A DNA stretch of 64,000 bases from the human T2T-CHM13v2.0 reference genome, Homo sapiens. The DNA lies in assembly GCF_009914755.1 (NCBI RefSeq), contig NC_060944.1. One strand, written 5' to 3'. Below, piece after piece: positions 23,395 to 36,131 of this stretch. The translations under genes were made by a program, and so were the position numbers. Within the stretch, counting starts at the first letter, position 1. Each line of letters begins with the position of its first letter. Below the pieces are notes generated by a model. The model was not told where the DNA came from. It was given only the letters and a program-made list of their open reading frames with translations, and ran no database searches.

Positions 23395-25132
23395 GATACT
23401 GTCTTATTTCTCTACCTGTATTTCCTGGAAACAACTTCCCACTTAGCATCTATACCCAAGCTCTTAGCTCAGTGTGTGCTTTAGAGGGAACACAAATCAA
23501 GGAGGATTTACATGTTTTTTACCCCTTTGAGGTGTTTTAGACCCTGGCTTATAAGTGAAATCAAAAAACAAGGTAAAGAAATGCTGAACATGAAAAAAAA
23601 ATTCTTCTGAAGGAACAGAAAAGAATACCAGGGCTACTTAGAGAAAACTCAGGGCAACAGAGTTGATATAAGGGCGTGTAACTCATGGTAAATGCAAGGG
23701 GAGAGTCCACAGACTCAGCCAGAAGACACAGCAATCGTGAGTCGAGGCAAATGGATCAGGGTCTGTGGCCAGTGACTTCTTGGTGTGAGGGACCCAGAGG
23801 AGGCTCATTCCCAGCACAAGTCCCCAGAGAGCTGGACAACAGCTTAGGGCTCTACAGGGAGCAAGAACCTAGGCAAAGGTGATGGTTCTCAAGGACTCAG
23901 GTAGATGAGACAGGTGAGCAGCCTGCTCCAAAAGATAGGCATGAGAGTGAAATTTCTAATATTCTCCCCTGGCTGGTTCTCTCTTGGTCCTGGCTGGTGA
24001 CAGCTGTGGCCAGTTGGGGAAGGATTAAAGTGGCAAACCAATCTGAACTTCTTAAAGTTTCCCCCAAATGTTATATTTGCTTCAGTGGATTCCACGGTTG
24101 AGTCTACAAATATCAGAACTTTGGGTGTGTGAGCTTGTGTTCTCTTTTCCCTTCTCTGAGACTGTCTGTGCAGACCACAGTCCTAATGACCATCTTCCCA
24201 TCCTTTGGCAGAGCGGCTGAGCTGCCATCAGGAAGAAAGGTCTTGTGAGTAGCTGCACAGTTCATCCCCACTGTAGATCACAGCTCAGGGCTTTTCCGTT
24301 GAGCACTACTGATTCATTCTGGGTTGCCCCTTAGTTCGATTATGAGGTGCTCTGTGTAACACGGCTGTCTCTTGTAAGCCTGCTCTTTCCAAGACAGAAG
24401 AATGAAGATGTCTTCAATAAAGGAAGTGGATAATACTGAGCCCTTCGTGACATCCTTTACAAGCTGAGCATGCGCAAGCACAGGGGCAAGTGCTCCATAA
24501 ACTACCAAGTTTAGTAGGGGTGAGGAGGTCCTACTAAAGGACTGGAGAGACCAGGTGAGTGCAGAATGAGAGGAGCTCCTGGGGGTTTATGTGGCAACAG
24601 GGGCCATCCCCTGGAGGTGGTGCAGATCCAACAACCCTGCATCCTTTAGCCTGGCTGTTCTTTCACTGTGACTCGGAATGGGGAATCAGTAGCCAGAGAA
24701 CAAAGCCTTGTGGCAGCTGCTCTCACAGCCACACCCACATTCCCTGGACACTGACTGCTCTCAAACCCTCATGTGGAGTACTAGGGTGTGTGCCGGTGAC
24801 TCCCCAGGGCTTGCTCTCCCCACTCACAGGAAGTGCCAGAGCCCAATTCCCCAGGAGCAGCCTTCAGCCAAGGAGGATGGGGTGCTGGGTGGAAAACAAA
24901 ATTGCCCTCTTCCTCACTTTTTCAGGCAAGTCTGAGACAAGTTCCACACCAACAAGCCCCCAGGTTGCATATGAGGTGCTCACAGCAGAGACCTGCTCAT
25001 TAACTGCTTCCCCTCCTTCCCTGTCTCACTTTTTCACAAGTCATCTGTGTCTTCCTGGAAGCAGATGCTGGGAAGGAGTTAGAAGTGCAAGTAATTCCTT
25101 GAGGTGCATAATACCTGTAAAAGAAAACTGGG

Positions 25133-25566
25133 TGTGATTGTTAATACTGTCTGTTAATGTAATTGGATTGAAGGATGCAAAATATTGATCCTGGGTGTGT
25201 CTGTGAGGGTGTTGCCCAAGGAGATGAACATTTGAGTCAGTGGGCTGGGAAAGACAGACCCACCCTTAATCTGGGTGAGCACCATCCAATCAGCTGCCAG
25301 CGAGGCTAGAACATAAAGCAGGCCGGAAAACGTGAAAAAACTAGACTGGCCTAGCCTCCCAGCTTACATCTTTCTTCCATGCTGGATGCTTCCTGCCCTC
25401 AAACATCAGACTCCAAATTCTTCAGTTTTGGGACTCAGACTGGCTCTCCTTGCTCCTCAGCTTATAGATGGCCTATTGTGGGACCTTGTGATTGTGTGAG
25501 TTAATACTTAATAAACTCCCCTTTATATATATAGTTCTGTCCCTCTAGAGAACCATAACTATTACA
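25133..25566 (+). mobile_element. MLT2A1 5' LTR of HERV-L
   Basis: TGTGATTGTTAATACT...GGATTGAAGGATGCAAAATATTGATCCTGGGTGTGTCTGTGAGGG...AATAAACTCCCC...CTCTAGAGAACCATAACTATTACA; ~434 bp, matches the recalled MLT2A1 consensus. Confidence 0.9.
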
Positions 25567-25570
25567 GACT

Positions 25571-26973
25571 TTGGTACCAGGAGTGGTTCTAGAGAAACAG
25601 AATATTAAGAATGGAGTTTTTTCATTGGTTTTGGGTTTCTGGAGTTGGCTGCTTAATATAATTAGATCCAAAAATGATAAGGACTCTACTTCTAATAGTA
25701 TGGAGAACACTGATAGTCCTTGGTGTGAACTGTTTAGAGAGTTACGCAAAATAAATGCATCTGACACTCCTAATTCACCACTCACAAGAGGCAAGGAGTT
25801 TGGTGACTCTATACATAATACCTTTGACTATATGTGGAGAACCAAGGAACATAATGAAGCTGGTTGGTTGCTCCTAAGTTTGGTGGAAAAAGTGACAAAA
25901 GAAAATGATGAACTCCGGGATTCTAACTCCCAGCTTCAGAAGCAGATACTGAGGCTCAAATCTGGTAAGACTGCCCTGAGTGAGGGTCTTATCTCCTGTA
26001 GAGAAATAACTAAAATTGTGGAAAAACAGACATAAGCTCTTACAATGCGAGTGGCTGACCTGCAACGAAAGGTGCATGCAGAGCTTCCCCAGGTGTCTGC
26101 TGTTAAAGTGAGGGCATTGATAGGAAGAGAATGGGACAGTGCAACTTGGAATGGGGATGTGTGGGAGGACCCTGATGACACTGGGGACACTGAGTTTGTA
26201 AACTCTGATGAAGCTTTTTTTGCCAGAAGAAACAGCTTCCCTATCCCCAGTAGTGGCAACATCCCCTCCCCGACCCATGCTGCCATCAGCCTTTCCACCT
26301 TTGTCTGAGGAGTTAAACCCTGTGCTGCCTGAGGCAACAGTGATGATGGCCTCAAGGCAGTTGCCAGGCAAGATAATGTTGATTCTCCTGAGGAGCCACC
26401 CCCAACACCCCTGTTTTCTTCTAGACCTATAACTAGACTAAAGTCCCAGCGGGCCCCTAGACATAAGGTTGAGAGTGTGACCCATGAGGAGTTGCAGTAC
26501 ACTCGAAAAGAACTGCTTGAGCTTTCTAATTTATATAAGCAGAAATCTGGAGAACAGGCATGGAAATAGATATTAAGGGTGTAGGATAATGGTGGAAGGA
26601 ACATAGAGTTGGATCAAGCTGAATTTATTGCTTTGGGCCCACGAAGTAGGGACTCTGCATTTAATATTGCAGCTTGGGGAGTTAAAAAGGGTTCTAATAG
26701 TTTATTTGTTTGGTTAGCTGAAATATGGATGAAAAGATGGCCTACTATGAGCGAGCTGGAAATTCCTGATCTCCCTTGGTTTAATGTAAAGGAAGGGATC
26801 CAAAGGCATTGGGAGATTGGGATGGTGGAGTGGATTAGTCACTTTAGATCTACTTATCCCAACTGGGAGCATCCAGAAGATATACCTTTGACCAATGCCT
26901 TGCAAAATAGATTTGTGAGGGCAGCACCTGCATCTCTGAAGAGCCCTGTAATTGCTCTTCTCAGATCTCACAG
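25571..26973 (+). pseudogene. gag: HERV-L gag remnant (stops and frameshift)
   Basis: Fragments GFWSWLLN...DSPWCELFREL...GWLLLS, VKVRALIGREWDSATWNGDVWEDPD and DQAEFIALGPRSRDSAFN...KRWPT. Stop at 26033-26035, frameshift near the T-run 26215-26221, stop at 26582-26584. Confidence 0.9.
25572..25586 (+). promoter_or_regulatory. Primer-binding site for tRNA-Leu
   Basis: TGGTACCAGGAGTGG just after the LTR, complementary to the 3' end (..CCACTCCTGGTA-CCA) of tRNA-Leu(TAA). Confidence 0.85.
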
Positions 26974-27180
26974 TGGGAAACTACAACAGCCCAATCCAGG
27001 TAGGACTACAAATTGCCCAGACTCTTTAGGAATGAAGGTTTGGCTTACTCCACAAGGAAAAAAAAACACACACACACACAACCTGCTGAGGCACTTGCTA
27101 AAGGCAAAGGGAATACAGAATGGGTAGAAGAATGTAGTCATCAATACCAGCTATGACCACAAGACCAGAAGCGTGACCAG
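26974..27180 (+). mobile_element. HERV-L internal 3' end (post-dUTPase region), joined to gag by a large deletion
   Basis: Encodes GKLQQPNPGRTTNCPDSLGMKVWLTP then AEAL..GKGNTEW, as recalled for the HERV-L 3' internal region. Confidence 0.75.
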
Positions 27181-27187
27181 ACCTTTT

Positions 27188-27211
27188 TATATATATAAAG
27201 GGGAGTTTATA

Positions 27212-27244
<33 letters not shown>

Positions 27245-27269
27245 GTGTATATGTGTGTATGTATATGTG

Positions 27270-27300
<31 letters not shown>

Positions 27301-27368
27301 ATATATACATAAAAATATATATAGATATATATCCTATTAGTTCTGTCCCTCTAGAAAACACTAATACA
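27188..27368 (+). mobile_element. Remnant of the MLT2A1 3' LTR with an expanded (TG/TA)n microsatellite
   Basis: Terminal ATCCTATTAGTTCTGTCCCTCTAGAAAACACTAATACA (27331-27368); 27188-27210 is an inverted copy of LTR sequence. Confidence 0.85.
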
Positions 27369-29414
27369 GTTGGGGAAGAAAACCTGACACCAAGTGCAGG
27401 GCCAGTGTTGGGCAGGGGGAGCCTTGGACTGTGGTGCTGACTGAGGAAGGCTCCGCCAACCCAGAGATTGCCCATTAGAGGGGTCCAATGCTGGGTGCAC
27501 TGAGTTGGGCTGCAGCACCAGCCAAGTGCAGGCCGTGGCAGGGATGGCCTGCAAAGAGTTTGTCTGAGTAGGAAAGCAGGGGCAGATCCTGGTGGCAGCC
27601 AGTGAAGGCTGCAGAAACCCGCCTTCCTTGCAGCTGGGCAAGTTCTCCCTTGAGGGGAAGAGAGGTATTCCACAGTGCTCCCCACCACTGCTCCCTCCAA
27701 ATCGCCACTCAAACCAATTCCTGCTCTGGATCCTTTCCTCAAGGTCTGCTTCTGGGGGAATGAGCCTAAACCAAACTTTCAGTTAATATTTATTATGCTT
27801 CATGTGCCCCACTGTGCAAGGTGCATATCCCTAAAAACCGTGGGTTCTTAATGAATGTGTTTCCTGCTCCCAATAAGTTCATTCCAGTTTTTCTCCTGTG
27901 CAGTTTTATGCTGCACATAAAAATACATGAAGGGAGATTGCAGGATCCCTACTAGAGAAGCAGGGCCACTTGCAAATTGCAAGCAACTGAACTAACATGA
28001 TGTAGAGGAAAGCTGATATCTGTCACTTGCATGAATGTGTACTCTGAACAAGGAAGGCAAAGGACATGGGGCAGGCATGGAGGAGAACAACCTTGAGGTG
28101 GGTCATCACAGCCACAGTGCCCCAAGTGCTCTGAGTTCCAGCTTGCAAGGCTGTCCTGGGAGGTGCCTGTTTCTACTTCATTTTCCCTTTATGACACCCC
28201 AAATAAATGGCACAGCCAGATGCACAAGAAACAAAAGACTTTTGAAGATTTACAGGATTTAAGATAAGGATCCTTGTATCAGGAAGCAATTGTATGAAAA
28301 AAATAGTTAAGAGCAAGGTTTCCAATTTATATGAACACTCAGATTTGTCCCACAGGTTATTAAAGCCGAACAACAAGCTTTTCATTCTGCTTGGAGGCCA
28401 AAAGCCGAAAAGCTATTAACTTGCATACATCTTGTGTGCTTCAAAATTGAAATTAGCTTCTTTAATTGCATCAGCATAAAACAAATATCTGTTCCTCAGA
28501 GGACCTGGTTTTAAAGGCAGCTTGAAATTAAGTGACCCCAAGGCCCACACAGATGTCATGACAGCAGCTATGAAAAGAGGTGATTTACTGTGTAATTGGG
28601 AGTGGTGCAAAAAAGTTGAAATAATGAGAGAATTGTTTTTCTTTGTGTTTTCTTCCTTATTCTCTGGATTTTATTTTCAGCAATTAAGTGCTGATTAGTT
28701 CCTCTACTGCCTGATGCTTTGAGACATGCATAACAATCAGCGAGCCTGCAAATTGAGTGGAAACCCCTAATTGCTTAGATAATGATCCCAACAGAAGCTG
28801 CTCCTCAGGAGAGGAACCGCTCATGATATTACCAGGCGGGGGCCTAGGTGTCCTCTTCTTCCTTTCTTCTCACCTGTCTCAGCACAGGCCAATTCCACCA
28901 GCAAAGGTGCCCAGCTCACCTGCTTGGTCCCCTGGAGAAATATTGAGGCCACAGGAAAATGGGGCCTGAAGACTGATACTCCCAGGAAGAAGCAAGACTG
29001 AGAGCAAGAAGGAGACAAGGGGACCAAGAGCAACAGGAGCAGAAAAAGAAAGAGGAAGAGGATGAGGGAGGGAGGAAGGAGAGAAGGGCAAGAAAGATGA
29101 CTTATTTGTCCACAGTGCCAATGACAGGTGCACCTTCCATCTTTCCCCACTAGGCCGATTGTTAACTTGGCATCAAACCAAGAGTATTCTTAAATTTGCT
29201 ATTTGAAAAATTCAATAATTATAATACAGATAACTTGCTTTTTTTGTAGTGTTTTTCTCTGAAATATTTGTGATGATATCTTATAATTTTGGTGCACAAG
29301 TTTCTTTCATTTGGGTTACCTCTTTGAGTCACCCCATAGACCTCAAGGAAGTCAAGGTTATGTAAGAAATGATACTAATGAGGGGTCCAGGCAATTCTTG
29401 TAGGGGCTGAGAGG

Positions 29415-29870
29415 TATTTGCTGACTATCTTTACATACCAAAACTTAGTGCCTTAAAACACCATTAATTCAGCTCATAATTTTTGCAGGTCAGGTGTTTA
29501 GGAAGGTCTAAGCAATTCTTGGTTGGATTTCTCATGCTTGTTGCAATCAGCCTTGGCTGGAGCTGCCCTCAGCTGAGACACTTGCGCTGGAGGTCCAAGA
29601 ACTTGCTCAGCTGATGTCCCCCTCAGCCTCTCCAGCATGGGGACCTTAGAGGAGTTACATTTTTGATTGGGCATCCAGGTTCCCTTGGCATGACCATCCC
29701 AGGAGAACCAGGTAGAAAGTTTATGCCCTTTACCTGCTGATGGAAGTCACACAATGCCCTTCCATTCTGCCTGTCCTTTCAGTGACTCTTTATGGTCTGC
29801 CCAGATTCAAGCGGGAGGCTCATAGACCTCTCAATAAAGCACCAATAAACTGCTGCCGTATTTTATTATC
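29415..29870 (-). mobile_element. MaLR LTR (MLT1F/H-like)
   Basis: CCAAAACTTAGTGCCTTAAAACA...GGAAGTCACACAATGCCCTTCC...GCCCAGATTCAAGCGGGAGG. Confidence 0.65.
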
Positions 29871-32800
29871 GCAAGAGACATTTGCAATGCAGTGATTGAA
29901 GAAATATGGCCCCAGATGAGTCTTGTCCCAGGACTAGAATCTTAGGTGTCCTAGCAGTATTCCAGGACTGCTTCTGTGCCCAACAAGTGCTTCTTGGCTC
30001 TCTAGGCATAAAACACACAGGACACTCCATCATGGGACCTAGTGTACTGCATTATTAAATAGAATAAAAAATTAGCCATGAAAAGAGAGGGGAAGGGATT
30101 AATCACACTCCTACGCTTACATGCAGAACTGCCCCCACTCTGGCTGAGTTGCAGCAGAGATAACCACTGTGTCACAGCACTTGTGATACTGCTGTAATTT
30201 ATTATTTATGGTACACAAGTAGCATGCATGCATCTTTTCAGATATCATGTGAGGTACTTTTAAAACATCACATAGCTGCAGGCACTAGGCCTGCATAAAA
30301 GTAAAGCAAAATTACCCTCACTGTCAACCCAGCTGTGGGGATGGCTCTTGACTTTTAGAAGTACAAAGGTGGAGTGGCTTCTCCTTCTCATTAATCATTC
30401 TGGGAAGCCGTCATACAAGCAGAAACTGTTGTTCTCATTTTTATTAGTTTTCCCTATAGGGATTCAGACCAGTGATGCTTATCACCTTCTTTCCAGGATG
30501 TGAAGGGTCAATGTGCCTATTTTCAGCTAGAGAGGGATTAGAGACGGAGGGAATTTGGTATTACTGCTACAGAATTAGATCTGATGGAGCCGGATAGTTA
30601 CATGACTGTATCATGTTTGGGATCATAGAGCCTACCTATTAAGACATGTGAGAAGTAGAGTGGAAATAGGAATATTTTTATACAATAAGTAATAGTAAAA
30701 TTCATAATGATTATCAATATAATATGCACATACGATAAATAAAAATAAAAAGGTACCCAGGTGCACCATGAAAACACAGCCTCTTGTGCACCCTTGTGCC
30801 TTCCCCCAGACTTGCAACTTGTTCTGCCTTCTGGTGGCTACCACCACAGCACTAACTAATGTGCCCATTACGCTTTTTCGTTCGTTCTAAAATAATTTTC
30901 AGACATCATCTGGTAAATTTCTGATTTAAAATTTAAAAAAATTAGCTCACCTAAATCATTTTATTCTCTCTTTTCCACCTCTTCCCAATTGTAGGCAGGC
31001 CTTCCATTAGTTACTGTGTAAATACAAGTAATATCATTAAATATAGATTTATGTTTCTATCAATTTATAAAGTATCTTTGGATTCATCTCTATTTCTGCA
31101 CCCACTCCCAAACCTCTATCAATTGGATCTTTGTTAGGGAAGATAACATCTATTTTATATTCTGTACCATAGGTGATTTAAAAGTTCAAAACTAATAAAC
31201 ATACTCAATAAAATATGGCAAAGTAAGTGTGGTTTACCCCATAGCCAAGTACTGTGGTTGACTTACATTTCCTTCTCCAAGCCCAGAATCGTGGCCTGGG
31301 ACAACACAGGCAGATATTTCTAGGAGAAAAATCAAGTTATACCCCCACTGCCCAGCAGACAACATCTTAGTTTGCTTCATATTTGAACCATAATGTTCTT
31401 GAAAATATTTTGCTTTGCCTGAAATTTCTAATTGCCTTTTGTTTCTTGAATCTTGTGCAGGTTCCACATTTTCCCAAATGTATGAGCCTCTAACCTAAGA
31501 CATGTCCAAAAGTTCTTTACTTACAGGGACATGATCTAGGGGCTTAGAGGGCCCTGGAAAAGTAAGATAATATATTTTAAAGACCCAATTTTACACAAAA
31601 GAACAAAAAGAGGAAGAACTATAGCAGAATGCCACTGCTGTGGATTCAGACTTCACCTCCCTGCCCACGGAGATGATTGAAGGGGAAAAAGGACAGAACA
31701 TGAAACTAACAAGCTTGAGGCCTTATCAGTGTCTATATTGGCAAATTGAGGAGCGATGCACTCCCCAAGGTGGGTAAGCTGGTGGAAATGGCACTGCTGA
31801 ATCCCAGGCAGGTGTTTGTATACTGATGTTTGTCTTCCCACACACGAATGAAAAAGACCAGGTAGAGTGAGCTCCTAGCCCACCCCTCTCGCCCTCTCTC
31901 CATACCACCGTGCTTCCTCTGTCCCTGTTCAGCAACGAGAAACAAGCTGAAATGATCTGTGCATACATATTGCAAACAACAACAACAAAAAAAACAATGA
32001 ACGCAAAATCAAATAAAAACATACATCAGAAGTGAAATTAACCAAAGGAGAATGAATGTAAACACACAGTTCTCTAAGATGCTCAATAAATCACAAATAT
32101 CATTACTCCATAAAATCAGTTAACAGATAAATACGTACAGCTAATATGTATCAACTGAAAAAAAAAAGTTAAAAGATAAATAGAAATTCAGGTAGATATT
32201 ATAAAATATCAGAGACAGACCCATAAATGCACTGATCAGGTTTCACGAAGATGAGAACAGAAGAAATAGAACAGAAATAATGTATCCAAGTGGTAGTAAA
32301 ACAAAATATTGTTGAAATGAGCAGCTGAGTCTGTAGACTTAGAGGCCACACCATTCCAGGCAACACACATACTCTGGAAAATGTGTGATGAGTGCCCTCC
32401 TTTAATTCTTGGGACATTTATCGGTCCCTGTATTTATACTTCAGTGTTTATGGTTTTTGAATATTTTGAATTGGGATTTCCAAATATTTTCTCCCATTTT
32501 CCATCATCTTTACTTTTTTATTTATAGTCCTAGAGGGCTTTGTCTTTCAGCCTTACCAATAATTTTATTTGAACTTCAGAAATACTAATTTTAACTACCA
32601 AGAATATTTTCTTGTCCTTGATTCTTTCCCCGCAGCCTGTCCTTGTCTTAAGGATATAGTTTCTCAAATACTTGTGATGATGTTTTGGAGCTTTGAAAAT
32701 GATCTCTTTTGAATTATCTCAATTTCCTGCAAAATATGTTACTTTTGTCGGCTTTGGCTGTTCCCCTTGGAATTGTCGCCTTTCCTCCGCCTCATTGAGC

Positions 32801-33109
32801 AGAGCTTCCTTGAGGACTGGAACAATTCCAATAGCTCATCTCCACCTGTGTGCATCTCCCCTCACTCCAGCCACAGAGGTCAGCATCTCTCTGAATTTTG
32901 GTTTCGCCGTTCTCTTTTTTGAATACATAAGTCTAACCTTCATATATGTATGTTTAAGTAATATTTATTTTAAATTTTAAAAATATATTGAAATACTATT
33001 AAAGTATGTTTCTCCAGGGACCTATTTCTTATTTTTCCTCCCTTAACAAAGTGTTTCTATGATCAGTCCTTGTTGCTGTGTGTAGCAGTAGTTGATTTTC
33101 AGACAGGAA

Positions 33110-33412
33110 GCTCTTGTAAATTACTCTGGCCAGTGAAACAAGTAAAAGGGTACATGTGTCAGTTCCAGGAAGTGTTTACGAGTCAGCGCGTGATTTCCTG
33201 TGCTCACGCCCATGGCTGCCACATCTGGGGAAGCATGTGTTGACGTGGAGCTGCCACAAGATCAGCACCTCCTGGAGTGATGGGCTGCAGCCCCGAGAAG
33301 GTGGCCCTGGAGAGTTCTGGGAGCCAAAGCAAAAGTGGCATGAACAAGAAATACATTTTGCTGTGCCACATCAGTAAGATTTTCCAGCTATTTCTTAGCA
33401 CAGGATAATCTA
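33110..33412 (+). mobile_element. MaLR LTR (MLT1I/J-like) within decayed antisense L1M fragments (~32400-33900)
   Basis: CTCTGGCCAGTGAAAC...GGCATGAACAAGAAATACATTTTGCTGTGCC...TTAGCACAGGATAATCTA. Confidence 0.55.
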
Positions 33413-34372
33413 CCATACCTTTTCCTTCCTTTCATTTTTGCGTCTGCAGTGATGGTATTCTATTTCACTTTTCTATACAGATCACTGATTGTCTACCTCC
33501 ACCTACGAAGCAGTCCTTTCCTCCCCCAGGGGCCTGCAGTGCATCTATTTGTGTGAGCCTGTTTTGGGCTTCCTTCTGCTCCATCATCAGCTCATCAGTC
33601 CTGAACAAATACCTCTGTAGTCTTCATTACTGCAGCTTAATAGTATCTGGTGTAGTAACTCTCTCTACTTTCTATTTCTTTTTCAGGACTGTCTTTTCCA
33701 ACCTTACTTTACTCATCCATTAAGTTTTAGAAACCTACAACCACATACACAATGGAAAGCTTGTTGGGGTTTTGGTTGTGATTGCATTTGAGGAGCTTAT
33801 CGTTACAATATTGAGTGTTCCTACTCATCGTAGCTGGGCTATGGGCTATTTTTCTTTTTTGATATATCTAAAGCATTATAACTTTTTGGAACAAAAGAAT
33901 AGGATTTCTTGAGTTTAGGCAACCATCTGGAATTAGAAGTCTATTTGCAACAGTGTTTCACAGAGATAAACTCAGGACTCAATACCATAAAGCAAAGTAC
34001 AGGGAGGAGAGGGGTTGGGGAGAGGACTAAGCTTCAGGTATTTTCTCTGTGTCGGATGCCCCTTGGGTGTCATGCATGCAGTATTTCAATTTATTCCCAT
34101 GAAACCTCTATCTAACATGTAGCATTTTCTCCATGAAATCAAGACCCAGTTATGTTAAGCAAACTATCAAAGCTCAAACCCTGGTAAAAAGTGACAGGGC
34201 TAAGAATTGGAGAAGGCCACTTGGATTTCAAGCCAGGCTTCCCCAATATCATCATGACAAGTGTATTAAAGAAATTCGAAAGATTTTGCCTGGCTTTCTT
34301 GAGGTTGATGGATTGGCTTATTGTCTTGGCTAATGCTTTCTATCAAATTTTTAATTATTACAATAAATTTTA

Positions 34373-34690
<318 letters not shown>

Positions 34691-35721
34691 TACAATAAAT
34701 TTTAGAATAATATCCTGCATAGGCTGATAAAAAGTTTATGACTTTAAAAAGTGTCTATCCACAGGCCAATTTGGCAGAGATCAAGAGATATTTTGTCATC
34801 TTTCCATCAGCAGATGTTGGTGAACTTAACACTTGAAGGAATAAAACAGCAACAATGCTGTCAGTTCTGGAGAGGCGCACAAGATGGGCACAGCTGTTGC
34901 AATGTTTTGAGAAAGGACATTAGTTTCTTCTTAGTCTCCATCGTCATATTCTTCTTCCATAACCTAGGGGGCAATTTATTACCAGTAGAAATAAATTGCA
35001 TTGTGTACCAGCTCTGGCTTTGAAGTTTTCATTTTCTGTCTGTGTAATAACATGCTATGATTATGTATGAACTTCTAAATGGGAACAGAGGAGACTTAAT
35101 TCCATTACATTTCCCTGGAGAAAGGAAGTCTAATTCAGTTCATACACAAGGATTCTTCTTGTTATATAACCGTAGTGTTTGGAGCATTATTTTCAGAGTT
35201 GTTGACTGTGGCTTGATGAGATTTTATTTTATGTAGCCAGTCCAGGCTACCAATATTTGACTTAACTTGAGAGGCAATAATACAAAGAATTTTCTTCCTT
35301 CTGAACTTGTAAAATGTACCTGACTTTCCTGCCCCAACCGTAGGGGAATATGAATTTAGCTCTGATAAAATTTAGCATCTAAGTTAATTTTGCTCTCTCC
35401 TTTCCACAGGCTGAATGTTTTTCTACCAATGCATAAGATCTACCAGCCACAGACAGGCACTGTTTTTAGATGGTCTTGAGGCATCTCATTTTACAAAGGA
35501 TATAGAAACAGACGGATGCTATATAGAAACTGGTGGAGTGGGGTGGAAGAGAAGACAGAAGACAAGGGTTATAATTTAATCATATAAACTCTGGATGCAA
35601 TAACCAAGGTCTCCCCAGAAAGCTGTCAGTGTATACTTGTGTGGTGAGTAGATTTCTAATCAGCTCTAGAAGAGTGGCCAAACACAGCTAAACTGTGTCT
35701 TTTAGTAGCAGGAAAAGCATC

Positions 35722-36131
35722 TGCTATAGTTTAGATGTTTGTCCCCCAAACTCCATATTGAAATTTGACCCCCAATATTGGATGGGGGCCTAAGGGGAGG
35801 TGTTTGGATCCTGAGGACAGATCCCTCATGAATGTCTTGGTACTGTCCTCGCAGTGAAGAGTGAGTTCTCACACTATCAGCTCCCTTGAGAAACTGGTTG
35901 TCAAAACAAGCCTGGCACTCCCCATCCCCTCACCACGTGGTCTCTGCACACACGAGCTTCCATTCACTTTTCATCATGTATGGAACCAACCCGAGGACCT
36001 CATTGGAAAGAGAGTGGATGCTGGCACCATGCTTCTTGTTCAGCCTGCAGAACTGGGCGACAACATAAACCTCTTTCCTTTATAACTTACCCAGACTTGA
36101 GTATTTCTTTGTAGCAATACAAACAGACAAA
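35722..36131 (+). mobile_element. MST-family solo LTR (MSTB-like) with TSD
   Basis: TGCTATAGTTTAGATGTTTGTCCCCC...GATGCTGGCACCATGCTTCTTGTTCAGCCTGCAGAACTG...; GCATC at 35717-35721 and 36132-36136. Confidence 0.85.

Larger units (their letters stand above)
24600..27775. mobile_element. LTR16-family (ERVL) fragments in both orientations surrounding the MLT2A1 provirus
   Basis: Plus-oriented CCCAGGAGCAGCCTTCAGCCAA...CTTCCCTGTCTCACTT (~24850-25040) resumes as GGATCCTTTCCTCAAGGTCTGCTTCTGGGGGAA (~27728-27760). Minus-oriented CCTGGAAGCAGATGCTGG...GTGCAAGTAATT (~25050-25132) resumes at 27369-~27660. Confidence 0.55.

Noticed and set aside
25874-26604. 165-aa and 222-aa minus-strand ORFs
   Set aside because: Antisense frames of the HERV-L gag remnant.
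25571-27127. Possible domesticated gag gene (Fv1-like)
   Set aside because: At least two in-frame stops and a frameshift; the longest pieces are 154 and 172 codons.
28985-29100. Purine-rich GA tract
   Set aside because: Low-complexity sequence without mirror symmetry or other supporting features.
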